This document shows positions 1 through 14,099 of a stretch of DNA of 64,000 nt, piece after piece. Location: assembly GCF_000002075.1 (NCBI RefSeq), contig NW_004797458.1, forward strand, positions 535,065-599,064. Direction: 5' to 3'. This stretch comes from Aplysia californica. Taxonomy: Eukaryota. The translations under genes were made by a program, and so were the position numbers. How positions within the stretch are numbered: position 1 is the stretch's first letter; each line of letters opens with the position of its first letter. Under the pieces are notes generated by a model that worked only from the letters and a program-made list of their open reading frames with translations, did no database searches and was not told where the DNA came from.

Positions 1-280
1 TTACGGCACTTGCATCTCATAAGCTTCGAAGATTAGAGGTGTTACTACATGTATAGCATTCATATAACACATATTCCCGCTCTATAGCATGCTCTTCGCG
101 TTTTACAACATTACTAGAGAGCAATATACAAGAAAGGAGGAGGAGGGATAAGGATGATATAAGATGTTTGACTGGAAGGAAGGAACAAATAAAACTGGAG
201 CATTCACCAATCACCGCAGTATTTAGGTCTACTGAAATGCATTTAAAATCAGTTTTTTGGTTCCATTCTCATCAGCTCAA

Positions 281-311
<31 letters not shown>

Positions 312-844
312 GGCGCTGTGGCTTCATAAGCGGTCAGCGATGCCGACAGCACGCAGGAACTCAACACTCCCCCGGGGGTCCTTAAAAAGTGCATCAGCTC
401 AACTGTATGAAAATATAGCCATTTGAAATTTGAAAGTGTCCACGCACTTTATTTTGTAAACGCTGTACTAGTACATGTATATATAATATTATGATCAATG
501 TTTTTATGCCTTCTTTGAAAAAAAAAAATGATCTTCTTTTTTCTCGTTTTTCTAGTGGGCTATAACTGAACGCCATGAAAACGGAATCCCTGCCTGATAA
601 TCTCCAAAAGGGATGATATCAATGCAGCATCACGTAATCTATAATGTGAAAACGAAAGAATAAAACAGCTCAACAGTTTTAACGAACTTTGTTACTCAGT
701 AAGGCCTACACCAGATGCAAAAAATGACACTGAGATTTTTTTTAAAAAACGTTCGCAATTTCTATAGAAACAAAAGATGAAACAAAAAAAGAACAGTGAA
801 AACAGCTAATAAAAACCCTGACGTTTACGTGTTTTTTTTTGTTG

Positions 845-1220
845 TTGTATCAATGCAAAAGCTGAGCTCTAATCAAGGACATAGAAAGAAGAATGGATGT
901 CACCGAAATTTGGTGTCTTGGGAGAAGGCTCAAAGTCTCATGCACAAAGAGGAAAAAAACCCCCAAAGAGGTGCTCCAAATGACAGGATATGGAAGGTCT
1001 CTAATCAGAACAATCAGGAACAGACAAAAGAAATTATTTGGAGATATAGAGGAAAAGAAAAGCAGAAAAAGACAGAACTACATACAAAGATGGTCTGAAC
1101 AGCTTTATGATAAACAATACAATCAGAAAAAAGGAGCTGATTTTTCAAGAGGACTGACAATATGATGGAATGGGGTACCATGATCATCAATGTTTGCTCC
1201 AGACTTGATACATTAACAAG
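845..1220 (+). mobile_element. RTE-clade LINE 3' fragment
   Basis: EIWCLGRRLKVS...EVL...IRNRQ..FG C-terminal RTE pattern. Same 3' end (GGAATGGGGTAC.ATGATC) as 42410-42460. Confidence 0.7.
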
Positions 1221-4121
1221 ATGTACGGTATTATTGAATTATAGGCCACGCTTTCAGTGTATGAGGCCCTCTATATGATTTGTCTTTGTTAAACAAACAG
1301 GCTATGCTACAGGTAAATAATAATAAACAAAATAATAGAAAAACATAGAGTAAATAATAGTCAAATAATAAGTTTAGTATTATAACCTTTTAGTTTTAGT
1401 TTTAGTTTGATAAGTGTTTTATGGCACTTACAACATAAATAAGTCATACAGGGGCTGAAGATAAAAGATGTTACCAGAGAGTAATATACAAAGAAAAGAA
1501 GGATGAGAGATTAGGATAATAGATGTTTGACAGGAGAGAACGACCAAACTACAGTTAGCACCCACCAATCACCCACCCGTATAACCTATACATTGACTCC
1601 TCATCAAAGGGCGCACACCGAGCCTTTACAAAAATATGGCCTTTTATTAAAAGCTACTGTTGTTGTTCTTTTCCCCCACGTAATTTGAATTTTTAAACTT
1701 AACTGATTACAAGTTCCCTCTACCAGCAAAGGGGACCATGGAAAGTCCTGCACAATGAGGTACGGTCTACACATATACCAGTATGCTTGCGAGCGTACAC
1801 ACACACACACACAACACACACACACATGTACGCAACCATGCATGCATACGCACACATCCACACACAAACAAAAAAAACATGTACGTACAAACACGAACAC
1901 ATATATTAAATGCACACAGATTTATTGAAAAGGCAAAAACTTACAGTTTTGACCAAATAATTTATTAAGTTTTATTGTCAGACAATCTAAAAAGATCCCA
2001 AACAGATTTGCTGTAAGCTGAAAAATGCCTTTTTTCATTTTTGGAGCCAAATTTTTTTATTTGCTACATTGATGGCCTGATCAGTTATCCTATTTGTGTG
2101 AAAAAATCAAAGTGAAATTGTGACTATTTTCAAAATAAATTAGAATTCTAATTTAGGAAGAACTCCTTTTTTACATGGTTATGATGCCTTTTTATCTCGA
2201 AACTGCTGTGAATAAGAAAAAGGTGCTTGGCATTCGTCAGTGTACCCATAGATGTGATCACATCGAGGAAACAGGAAAATAGCAAAACAAGAGTGTAAGT
2301 AGTGGAGGAAAGAAACAAACTAAAAATAGTTTTTTTAAAAAGAATCCCTATGTGTTTTCCTCAAGAAATAAAAAATGCTTTTTCAAAAATGTATTTCAAA
2401 GGAAATGTGAAATGTAACTTGGATCAAGCGTAGGGTCCATGTTTTCAAAGAATTGCAATGCAATGCTCAAGAACTGTTTCTGATCACCCCCAAAAAAACG
2501 CTAAAAAAAAAAAATCCTTCAGGATATTTCAAAGTAAAACTAAGTTTTTCTACATTAATGTCATAAAAAAAGAGTGTCAAAATTTGACTACAGCAAGAAA
2601 GACAAGTACATACCTACTCATGACAACCTTAAGGAAGCTACACAATTGAAATCTGTTGAGATATGTAGGCCCTACACAACTAGCTTGAAAATTGAAATCA
2701 AGAATATCTCAAATTCCATTCCAAAATAAAATGAAAATAACAGAGGGATGTTCTAACAAAATTGGCCTCCTAAAAGGAAGAGCATACATAGTGATGATAC
2801 ATTTTATTTGTAGAATAACAAAGCATACAGCACCTGCTTATTAAAAGTCTCAACCTTCTGCAGTCCACATTCTATTTAAATTCAACCATAGTTGATATGA
2901 TTAACTTCTGTAGGACAGCATTGGCCGGAAACACAAGACATTAAGATAAAGTAAAACTGAATCGATTAATACAAAAAGCACAAGATATTTCAACAACTCC
3001 ATTCCTTTACCCTGATGAATGATGCAATATCGCTTGCACTGGGAAAAATAATTTCATCTTTTTGGAGAACCACCATCCATCAAATCAAAATACCAGTAAG
3101 AAGTAAATGACCTATGCATTTGATTTGTAACAAAGAATGATACAGAAGTTCAATTTTACCATCACTAATTAAACGCTTACTATCTCAATCATATTTTAAT
3201 GCAGCGATACTTGGATCTATAAATAACGAAGTCGTTGGGCTTGACTTTCACTTTAGTTGAATCTTAGTGTTCGTTATAATTAAAAGCAAAAAAATGGGAA
3301 CATGAGCGTCACAATGTATGGCACAGCATACAGCAACGTCTGTTTCCACCGACCAGAGAGCAATTCATTATGTACATTTACATATCTACATCTAACTAGC
3401 CTTTCATTGTCCTGTAACCCGAAGGAAAGGGTGACAATGATTGCGATACACCTGTACCTCTGCCGACTTTCCAAGCCTGAAATGCTTGTGCCTGCTCGCC
3501 CCCCACCCCCCTCTTTCCCCTCCACCACATCAGATACAAGCTCTAACAGCCACCTGCCGACCAACATCTCTTTATTTTATATTAAGCATCGTTGTGGGTC
3601 TGTTTATGAGTGCAGGTACGGTATATTATAATATTATTAAGTGTGTGTGAGTGCACGAGTGTATGGCAGAGAGGATAAGTAAGAGTAAGAGAGTATGTGT
3701 GTATAGGCGTGTACACTAAAACGCCCATATGCATGCATGTATGTGTATGTCTGTGTGGTGAAACACCAAACCAATGAGCCAGCATCTGGACAATAAAAAT
3801 TTATCTTATCTTATCTTAACTAAACGTGAAACTAAAATATACCGGTACAGAGAGGGAAAAAAATGGCAACCATTTCATTTGGGTAAACAGGAAATAATGC
3901 TAAAAAGAAGTTACAAACTTAAACTACTTGATAAAATGACTGTTTCCTGTAAAGCAGTACGGCAAGAAAGGTCACTGTTACATCATAATACAGCACACTT
4001 ACATTTATACTCAATCAAAAAAGATACAGGAATACAGTAATAGCTAATGTCATCATAAATTGCACTTTATCACTCTATCATACCTTTAATACCAACATAC
4101 ACAATTAGAATGAAGCAACCG

Positions 4122-4340
4122 CAGTCTGTGGTGTAATGGTAAGGCACTTTGTCTTCTCATACTGAGGACCTGACTTTGCTTCACCGTTGGGGAGAATTTT
4201 TATCAAGTATCTCGATCTTTCTACTGGATAATTGTATCCCTCTCAGCCCGGGTTGGCCCTGAAAGGCAGGGTTGAAGCCCGCCTCCTGAATGATCTAAAT
4301 TCTGTTGATGGGGGTCTAAATCACCTACCAAAATAAAAAA
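4122..4340 (+). mobile_element. tRNA-derived SINE
   Basis: A-box TGGTGTAATGG; body homologous to 40543-40755; A-rich tail. Confidence 0.7.
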
Positions 4341-6528
4341 GACCGAAGTAGAAGCATGCATATGATTTACATTTCAGATACAGAAAAGAATATCACAAAA
4401 CACAAATCATGTACAGGACAGTCTAAACCGTGATGAGTATCACAGGTCTGTACTGAAGATGTTACACAACAATATCACAAAAGGCACATACACCGTTTGA
4501 TGGTTTGACTAATGCTTTATTCCAATATTTTACAGTTCTTAATGCTTGGTTTCTTTTCTTTCTCTTTAGCCACACCAGGACACTCTTATAAATGTATATA
4601 TAAATAAGTCATGAGGTAATGATAATGACAATAATAATAAATAGTAATAGCATTTGTATAGTGCAAATTCCTGCTCAACAGTAAACTCTGATGGAGGAAT
4701 GAGCGAAACATGTGGAATGATTCAGGAATGATTCAGGTAACAATTGTCAGCAACAAGGAAACACTGCAAAAAAAATGTATCATACAAATACAACAGCATT
4801 AACATAAAAACGTGATCGTAAAAACAGTAAACTGTTACACTTCCATTACTTGCAGAATGTAAAAAGAGAAAGAATAAGCATAATCTTCAAAGATCAAAAC
4901 AATCATGATTTCAAGACTAAAGGCAAGCATTTAAATAGTAGACATCATCATGACTATATCCATGAGTATTAGCACAGAAATCCTCCCATGGGAGGTTTTC
5001 TAGTCTGATACAGCTTGACTATTTCTACTAATCCCACAAAATTACAAAAACTTGTACTTTAACTAATCTGCTATTTGTACCATGAGGCGACTCAGGAATG
5101 TAAAGGCGCTGGGTCTTGGCAAAATAGAAAGCTTCTTGAAGCAGGAAATTGTGAGCTTTTAATTTTAAGGTGTCCGTTACTTCCTCAAGTCAATCCATCT
5201 TTTCCAGAGTATTACTCTCACTCTGTACACTTTTAGAGCAGGTTGGTTGATAGGCATGCGAGTTACAAGATCAAACTATTTGAGTCTCTGCTTTTCACTG
5301 TGCAGTAGAACAGGTATGTAGCACACATTATTTCTCTGATAGCTGAGATACAAACCCTATCCCACAAAGATAATTCTCCTCCTCTGTCTCACTTAGCATA
5401 CAACCCCCCCTCCATCCACCCCCCCCCCCCCCCCCCCCAATTCTAAATCTGACCACACACATATATACTAGCATACATTATGACATGATTCCAAAATTTC
5501 AAAGTTCTAATCCCAGGATCAGACTTTCATCTTTCGCACAAAATAACCAATGAAGAAAGGTCCCAAGGGGGCTCAGTAGCTAAAGAGGCATAATGTTCGC
5601 CTTTCAACCTGATGATTTGAAGTTTGGTCCTCACCAGCATCAGTTGTTTTTTTTTTCAACACCCCTTTGGTCCTTGGAAGGTAGGAATGCGCACCTTGTC
5701 TTCTTGGGAAAAGGACAAAAAATGTCAGAGGTAACGGGTGAGGCTGTGCTGAGATGGCATAGATTTAATAGATGATTGTCACTCACAGTATTGCACTATC
5801 ATAGCACCTGTAACCATTGCCGTTTTCATCCATTGGTGCCCATTTGATGCCCATCTGTCTACCACCAGACTAGTCTGACAACCGTTTCACTTGAAGGACT
5901 ACTAGTCTACTGCGATCCGCAATACTAAACATTTTCCGTTTGTGTGTTATACAGACTTGGGACTATCACTGGCTGATTGACAATTGTAAAAATGTTTTTG
6001 AGGAAGTAGATTGTAGATTGTTCAAGGGCGGCGGGGGGCGGTGACTGGCACCCTTAATTTTAAAAAATGAATGCATCACGGTGTGGGAGCGGTGGTATAT
6101 AAGTTTATAAAATTACCGTACGCAGGTCTTATGGCAGAAAACAATGTTATGGTAGACTGTCAGGCAGACCATGGGGTTTGCATCATCATCCTTCAAGTCC
6201 AAAACCATCCATAAGCATAATTTCTAGCACAACATCGCATTCCGAATCCACCTTATTATTGTGGCAAGAGCAGACAAATTACACAGGGACTGAAATCATT
6301 TGTGGCCAGTGTACAATCTCACAGTCATAAAATAAAGGTTCAAGTCACTCACCCACAGCTGAAACCTTATCATAACACTTTCACTTTCCCTTTGAGCATA
6401 ACATGACAAGAAAGCACAGTCTGTAAAATTATAAATGATTTTAAAATAAATTATCTTTCAAATAAATAGTACAACATCCCATAACATTAGCAAAGTCATG
6501 ACTACATTAAGCATTTTCAGATTTGTAT

Positions 6529-7416
6529 TCATTTTTTAAATCTTGGAGGAGGAGGTCTGGGTGGTTTAGGAGATTTCTGTGTGGTATTTGACCCTTGTGT
6601 GGGTGACACAGAGCTCTGTGTTGACTTCAAAGTTGTGATAGGTTGTGCAGCAGAGTATGGAGGGGAAACTGTACTCGAAACACCAGGATATTTGTTCTGA
6701 CTACCCTGCTCTGGGCTTGGTTTTCTGGATCTTTCAGCAGCATCGTTTTGTACCAGACTCCCTGCCATCAACAAACTAGGGTGGACTCTAGACAGGACGG
6801 ACGGAACAGCTCGGCTGTGCGAGTCATTAGAGGATGTGCTGGTGAGATCAGCTTTTCTCTTTTCATAAGAGCCCTGGACACTTTGGGAATGAAGTGAACG
6901 GTTCTGTTGGGTCTGAACCTGTGGCATACACAAACGTACATTAGCAGGATTTAGCAGCATATCATCCATTCTTCCCTTTGGGGGTTTAGATAAATGACTC
7001 TGACGACCCACTTGGAAACCTTGAGACTGTGCTCTCACTTCTGAAGGTTTACCAGTTGTAGATAAACCACTTGCTGCTGAGCCATTCGGCTGTACACCAC
7101 TTCCTGTTTTCCTCATTCCAGGAAAGCTGGGACTATCACGTGCAGACCTCCCCCGCAATACGTCGGACACAGGCGTTGGGGCAGAGTCAGAATCCACATC
7201 TTCATAAACATGCTCTGTATCAAAGTCAAGAACATTTTCCACACTTTTGCTCTTCCTCAACCCAGGACTAGGCGACCCATGCTGTAATCTTGGTGGTGGT
7301 CGTGATGGGCGAGGGGGGAGTCGGATGTTCTCTCCAGACTGACCACGGAGTGGTTGCCCATGAAGTGCCTTTGGAGATCCTGGCAGAGACACTGAGTGTC
7401 CAGCTCGTACATTTGC
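6529..7416 (-). CDS. NCF2: p67phox-like terminal coding exon: 295-aa Ser/Pro-rich low-complexity tail ending PKPPRPPPPRFKK
   Basis: 888-nt open frame after a TTTCCCCATAG acceptor, in phase 0 with exon 6. Includes ORF 6529..7392. Linkage to the upstream exons is inferred. Confidence 0.75.
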   Translation of the reverse strand, partial: ANVRAGHSVSLPGSPKALHGQPLRGQSGENIRLPPRPSRPPPRLQHGSPSPGLRKSKSVENVLDFDTEHVYEDVDSDSAPTPVSDVLRGRSARDSPSFPGMRKTGSGVQPNGSAASGLSTTGKPSEVRAQSQGFQVGRQSHLSKPPKGRMDDMLLNPANVRLCMPQVQTQQNRSLHSQSVQGSYEKRKADLTSTSSNDSHSRAVPSVLSRVHPSLLMAGSLVQNDAAERSRKPSPEQGSQNKYPGVSSTVSPPYSAAQPITTLKSTQSSVSPTQGSNTTQKSPKPPRPPPPRFKK

Positions 7417-7717
7417 CTATGGGGAAACAGACAAAGTGATTACAATAACACAGAATCCAAAGCAATGATTGTATTGCTGACATCATTTTCATGTCAGTAG
7501 ATTCATGTTCAGTACAATGTTATGTAAATGACTATGTATCCATTCATGTATTTTGTGAATTGCATTGTGTATATTATTTTATTATATATGTGCTCATTTC
7601 GTGAAGATGTGTAAGCGTGCGTGTGTGATAAGCAAGTAGATGTGTGTGTGTGCGGGTGTGTGTGTGTGTGTTTGGCGAAGATGTGTGTGCAAATGTGTGC
7701 GTGTTATGTGTGCGTGA

Positions 7718-7748
<31 letters not shown>

Positions 7749-7798
7749 TGTGTGTTGCGTGCTGGAATATTGTTAGTATATGCATTCATGTAAAGTAT

Positions 7799-7880
7799 TG
7801 TAGAGCGCCTAGAGCTGTGTTTCCACGGGAGTGGGCGCTATAGCAATAATCTTCATTATCATTATTATTATTATTATTAT
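7799..7880 (+). mobile_element. L2-type LINE/SINE 3' terminus
   Basis: TGTAGAGCGCC...GGCGCTATA stem-loop plus (ATT)n tail. Confidence 0.6.
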
Positions 7881-10800
7881 GATACTGACTGATCAACTTA
7901 AACGCTCCATCATTTTATGTGTGCAATACTAAAGTTTACCTGCATGTCGTATTCAGCTTCTAAATAGAGTTACAATCAGAATACCTAGTACGTAACTAGC
8001 TTAACATTATTTTGTTTATATCATTTTAAACTAATACTATGCATGTGACTGTGAGCCTGTTTATAAGTGAAAGCATACTATTATATTATTATGTGCACAG
8101 ATGTGGGTGGAAGAGAGGATGTGCGGTGGAAGAGTGCGTGTGTATATGGGTCACGGCGTCATTTTTCGCCCGATTCTGTTACCTTTAGTTAGCGTGACTC
8201 AGCAGCCCGCTGGAGCTCCCCGGCTCGGGGTCATGGGGTTAATGAGCCTTGAAGCGACTTTGCCGGTGTCGGTTAAGAAGTTCGCATTTTTGTCTACATT
8301 TGAAACTATATAACTTCTTCCCCATTCCACACAGCAAACCATTACGGGGATGTACAAAAAGCTCAACTTCTTGAGATTTATTCTGTTTTTGAATGGTTAA
8401 TTTCTGTGCCTTAGTTTTTGTTCAAGACAAGTGTTTGTAGAGTACCCAATTTGTCCTATTTTAGTTACATACTTCTGAATAAATGATTGTTTATTTTAAA
8501 AAGGCACGACAGATCTCTCCAAAAGCTGTGTTAAACTGACTACGAATATCGTGTCTTTTACCATGAGAAATCTTACATCTGCGCGAATAGTAATAGTCAA
8601 GTTATAAGAGAAGAAAGATGCACATCTGCATTTTTTAACTAAAGACACTTAGCGTTAGCTCTTGTTCTACTATTAACAAGAGAAAGTTACTCTGCCTTTG
8701 TTCATGAATCATGCTGTGTCTGTGGCAGCCTGCATACAACTAAGAATAATATTTTATGAGATTAAAAAGCCCCTACAAAAGTGTGTTAATACATGGGTAG
8801 AGATGAACTTCTTGTATGGAATTAAAAAATGACAGCTAACATTCATTCTTAGTTTTTGTGTCGGACATATGCGCAGACACTCATGAATGTAAGGAAATAA
8901 GAACATTGTCAGTTATTGCAAATGGCTATAGAAACGAAAATAAAAGCTGGAAAAGCCTGGTGCTGATTCAGTGTCACTGGAAAGCTAGAAATTATTCTTA
9001 TAATTCAATTACGAGAAGTCATCCCTGTTATCCTGTCAACTTACAAAACCTAGATCTAACGTTTAAAGAAAAATAAGGAATAATTTATGGAGTGTAACAG
9101 ATAGTCTACTGTTTGTGTATTACATTGTTGTAGATGTATTCTTGCACTAAATATCGGTTTGCACTTTTTCGTAGAGAGACATCAGGGTAATTTTGATAAG
9201 CTTTAGAGAAAATATGCGAATATTCCTCATTATATTAGACACATAAAGTTGTATTTGGAGGAATTACTTCATAGTGAATTTGTGTGCCAGATGGATAAAG
9301 TTGCAAAATTACAGCTTCCTATTATACGCGCAGATACCAGCTTTTCTGAGAATCTGCACCAATGTTATTTCGTTCATGTTCCAAAAGTTCGACAGTCTTT
9401 GTCTGGCTTTTTTTTTACATTGATTTTTTTTCATTCAGACGTACAAAAAATTTTACAATTTAGCATTGCCGACTTCAGCGCGTCTAATGAAACAACCAGA
9501 CAAGTTACAATGTCTGTCGTTTTTTTGGTCTCATGAGCAGAAATGTTTGCTTTGGGTGCACTAAATGATAATTATCATAAATACAAGGATACACCTAATA
9601 CTGTACGTTGAAAAGTACCAAAAATTGAGTCAGCCCAGACAGAGCGGCGACAGGGAGCTGACCCCCGTGACCCCGACGTGATAAGGCGCTCGGCGGGGAA
9701 CCCCCCTTTACAACTAAAACTCCACTGCCGGTGCGCCATGGGGTGTGCACCTGTGCGGTGCGTATGTCTGTGTGTGCATGTTTGTGTGTGTGTGTGGGTG
9801 GGGAAAGTGTGTGTATGCATGTGTGTGAGTATGTGTCTATGTGGTAAAACACCAAACCAATGTGCTATGATCTAGACCAGTGGTTTTCAAAAAGGGCGAG
9901 AGTTTGGGGGGCGCTGTGGCGAAACTAGGCGATTGGGGGCGCTGATGGGCGCTAAGGGGCGGTGTGAAATTTTCATGACATGCAACATAAAACATGATGA
10001 GGGGAAAAAAGCCACATAAAAGAACAAAAACAAAAACAAAAATTGATAGCTTAGGCATAGTTTACACTTATAACTAAGAACTTTCTTTCCCAGCCCGCAA
10101 ATCCCATATAAAGAAGATTCATCACGACAAATCTGACAAAGATGTGGCAAACTTCAAAACTCTAAAGATCAATTTTCAGAAATGAAAATCAGTGAAACCG
10201 ATGTTTGCAGCCAACGTCGATCAAGCTGATGAAGGCTTACGAGCAACATATAATTTATCTCAGCTAATTACAAAGGCAGGGAAACACCATGCTATCGGTA
10301 GGACCTCATATTGCCTGCGATAAGAGAGGTGGTCAGCACAGTCCTGCAACGTGCCCCGGAGCCTGTGTTGAAATTTTTCCCACTAAGTGCAAATACATAT
10401 TCAAAAACGTTTAGATGAGATGTCAGCTAATGTTGAGGAATCACTGTGCAAAATGCTGAAAGGACGTGAGCTCAGCCTTTAACTGGATATCAGTTCATAG
10501 AAGGTGAGGAAATAATGCAAGAATTGTTATATTTGCGAAAATGTCGGAAACAGATACCAAAGGCGAGTCCATTTTCAAAGTGGTCCAAGAATTTTTCGAG
10601 GAGAAACAGATCCCTCTGACCAATACAGATGCCTGTGCAACAGATGGGGCACCGTCGATGGCAGGTCGGAAACGTGGATTTATGAACTTCTTGAAGAAAT
10701 CAGTCCATGGAGTATTTACTGTTTACTGTGTCATTCACAGACAGAATTTGGTTGTAAAAAACCTGAATGATAGTCTGCATGGCACACTGGTCATTGGCAT

Positions 10801-11310
10801 CAAGTGTGTGAACAATATCAAAGTCCACGCTTTGAACTCGCGACTGAAAATGACGAGTACTTTCAATGCTTATTTTTGCACATTGAAGTCTGGTGGCTCT
10901 CGAAAGGAAACTGTTGAACACAATTATTGTTCTGCCTGTTTGACTCTGTGCTGGAGCTTTTTTCAAGAAACAGACAGTGATTATTATAGTCTGCAATAAA
11001 CTGAAAGAACACAAGAACAACATTGCGCTCCTCACAAATCTTTTCACAAAGTTCAACCAGTTCAACTTTCAGCTGCAAGGGGATGACACCAACCTGATCA
11101 AGGCTTTCATCATTCTTGTCGAAATTGGAAATGATCCGCCGAAACATTGGCAGAAGAAAATTTCTCAGTTTCCTAGCTTGACGAAGACACTGAAAGAAGG
11201 GCGCATTTCTGACGAGGAACTACAAATATATATAGCAACCACCTCAGAGATTTGCACGCTGATATGAAGACAAGGTTTAGCCTCCTGATATTTTTAAACT
11301 GGAAATTCCA

Positions 11311-11463
11311 TAATAATAATAATAATAATATATAACATTTAAAGAGCGCATTTCCAAAAAAAGTAGCTCAATGCGCTTTACATTGGAATACCCATTTTTC
11401 AAAAACCTTTCTTACTACTTCCTTTCTTCTCAAGCAATATACATTAATGCACACACACACACA

Positions 11464-11526
<63 letters not shown>

Positions 11527-12510
11527 ACTATTTTCATCCAGACATAGGAAAAGAACAAATGTAATGAAAGATAACGTTAAAAGCTTATGAAGGATAGGCC
11601 TGTAGGAACAGAAAATGTTTAAGATGTCTTTTGAAGCTATCAAGTGTTCTTATTTGTCTTAGTTTCATGGGTAATCTGTTCCACATAAATGGACCAAGAT
11701 ATGAGAAAGATCTCTCTCCATATGATTTGTATGATTTTACAGGTGTCACAAGTAGGGTGTTATCGTTCGATGATCTTAGGTTTCTCCCTGGTTTATATAT
11801 ACTGAGAAGTTCTTGTAGATAAAAAGGAGCAGTTTTATTTACACATTTGAAACACATGACGCAGATTTTAAATATTATTCGTTCTTTTACAGGGAGCCAA
11901 TGCAGTTCTTTTAATAATGGAGTGACATGGTCTCGTTTTTTAGATCTTGTTATCAGTCTAGCGGCATTGTTTTGAATTACTTGTAAACGATTCAAATATT
12001 TGTTGTTCAGACCTGCCAGGAGTGAGTTACAATAGTCTAATCTAGATAGGATAAGAGATGTTACCAGTGTTTTTGTGGTCTCTTCGCTTAAGTACTTTCG
12101 AACTAGGCCTATCCTTCTCAGCTGAAAATAAAGGGATTTGGACAGAGATTCTACAAACGAGCCCATTGATAAGTGGTGGTCAATATATACACCGAGATTC
12201 CTGACAACTTCTTTACAGATGTCATATGCCCATATAAATCAAAGTTGACACTTTCCAGATCTTTATTTAATCGTGGATTTTTTATAAGAATGATGTCTGT
12301 CTTTTCTTCGTTTAGTTTCAATTTGTTTACTGTCATCCACTTTTTGATTTCATAAAAACATTGTTTAGTGATGGAAATCATGTTTGGTAGATCTTGAATG
12401 GTGCCAATAACATACATTTGGGAATCATCGGCATAAAAATGATAATTCAATCCATGATTTTGTAAAATGCTTGCTAAGGGCTGTGTATATAGTGTAAAGA
12501 GCACTGGTCC
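11311..12510 (-). mobile_element. 5'-truncated L2/CR1-group LINE inserted in the hAT transposase
   Basis: RT motifs LGPVLF, FYADD, SRLDYCNSLL, LHWLPV. 3' end TGTAAAGCGC stem-loop plus (TTA)n tail. Splits the transposase motif LEIP/WILDP. Confidence 0.92.
11449..11522. repeat. (CA)n microsatellite
   Basis: Seen directly in the sequence. Confidence 0.95.
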
Positions 12511-12698
12511 AAGAAACATCTTTATTGTCTAGATCAGTGGTTTTCAAACTTTTTTCGCCCACCGCCCCCTTTTTCACCCAGCCAAGTCCCAGCGCCCCCT
12601 ACTCCGCCCCAACCATCAATACGACATAACGACATGCATAATATAATAACAATCACAAATAAAGAGAGAGCTCAAAAAGTAGGGTAGAAAGTAGCGTG
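12511..12698 (-). repeat. 188-bp inverted duplicate of 13747-13934 (hAT right end, TSD and 16 bp of flank)
   Basis: Direct reverse-complement comparison; no mismatch seen. Confidence 0.93.
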
Positions 12699-13231
12699 GA
12701 TTTTTTATAAGCACTGGTCCAAATACTGGATACTGGACCCATTGAACACTGAAACAGATGATAACTTGCTAGTAGCAATTGAAGAAGAGCTTCTGACGAT
12801 GAAATGTGACTTTGAAATCTAACCATTGTTCAAAAAGCCGTACCAGTCATTCTGGTTGAAAACTGTTGTGCAAGACAAATATCCTTCCCTGTGGGAAAAG
12901 ATCAAGTTGTTGTTCATCTCTTTTCCCGCCTCCTATCTAGTAGAAAGGGGATTCAGTGCAGTGACCAGGTTGCTGACGAAACGTAGCGATTTGCGTCTGC
13001 TTCTGACCAATCTGAAACCTGATGTTAATAAGTTGGTTCCGTCTTTGCAGGTCCATCCTTCCCATTAGGGTAGTGTCAATAACTTATTTGCGCATGCTTA
13101 CTTCGTAGTTTGCTCTTACTTGATATCTCAATGTGTCTTTTCTTTTTTTTTCTTCTCTTTTTTTAAAAAGCAAAACATTCACTTGTTTAACAGAGTTTTT
13201 TATGTGCACGTGCTACCACTGTTGATGAAAC

Positions 13232-13282
<51 letters not shown>

Positions 13283-13288
13283 CGATGA
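13232..13288. repeat. (TGA)n microsatellite
   Basis: Seen directly in the sequence. Confidence 0.95.
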
Positions 13289-14027
13289 TAATTACAGACT
13301 AAGATCCATGCATACTTTTTCTTTCGTGTGGTTTCTCACATTTGAACAACTTAATATTTTTATTTTCTACAATGGAGATATTTGATACAAATCCCAGGCA
13401 ACTTTATTGCAGCACGTTGATGGGAGAAAACGTTTCATAATGATAATGTCAATCTGTTTTCAAACCAACGATTACGGGCGTTTTTATTTATTTATTTATT
13501 TCTTGGCGTTATGCTTCTGTAAATGTGATAATACATATTTTATTTTTATTGATGTTAATAACACTGGTCGTTTAGTACCGATGACAACTATATGCATAAA
13601 ATGACAGTATTTTGTTCTCAATCCCCTTGCATAAGATTGGAGAAAAATGTGTTTTATTATCTCTCATACACGCTTAATTTAAAACTCTGTAATGATGGTG
13701 ATTTGTGACTCAACTAATATTCAGAACTAAATCATTAGAATTTACGCACGCTACTTTCTACCCTACTTTTTGAGCTCTCTCTTTATTTGTGATTGTTATT
13801 ATATTATGCATGTCGTTATGTCGTATTGATGGTTGGGGCGGAGTAGGGGGCGCTGGGACTTGGCTGGGTGAAAAAGGGGGCGGTGGGCGAAAAAAGTTTG
13901 AAAACCACTGATCTAGACAATAAAGATGTTTCTTATCTTATCGAAAAACCATTCAAAACAAAGACCACAACCACCAAATTGTACAGATTTATATCAAAGG
14001 TTGATTGGTTTTATTTCAATTACATAC

Positions 14028-14099
14028 CGGCACTAGAACATCTTTTTCTTTCTGTTCAACTGCGTACTCAATATCTTTCTCTTGTACAGATGATATCAC
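14028..14099 (-). CDS. NCF2: p67phox-like coding exon 6 (VISSVQEKDIEYAVEQKEKDVLVP)
   Basis: VISSV matches VVASV of the activation domain (Val204 equivalent). TTCCAG acceptor, GTATGT donor. Confidence 0.8.

Larger units (their letters stand above)
9878..13910 (+). mobile_element. hAT transposon (Buster/Charlie, ZBED5/SCAND3-like transposase pseudogene), interrupted
   Basis: TIR CAGTGGTTTTCAAA...TTTGAAAACCACTG and 8-bp TSD ATCTAGAC (9870-9877, 13911-13918). Motifs CATDGAPSM, CVIHRQNL and FPASYLVERGFS, with frameshifts. Confidence 0.95.

Noticed and set aside
8150-9740. Possible DNA transposon with GGGGTCA(T/C)GGGG inverted motifs
   Set aside because: No consistent terminal TIR or TSD could be defined; left unclassified.
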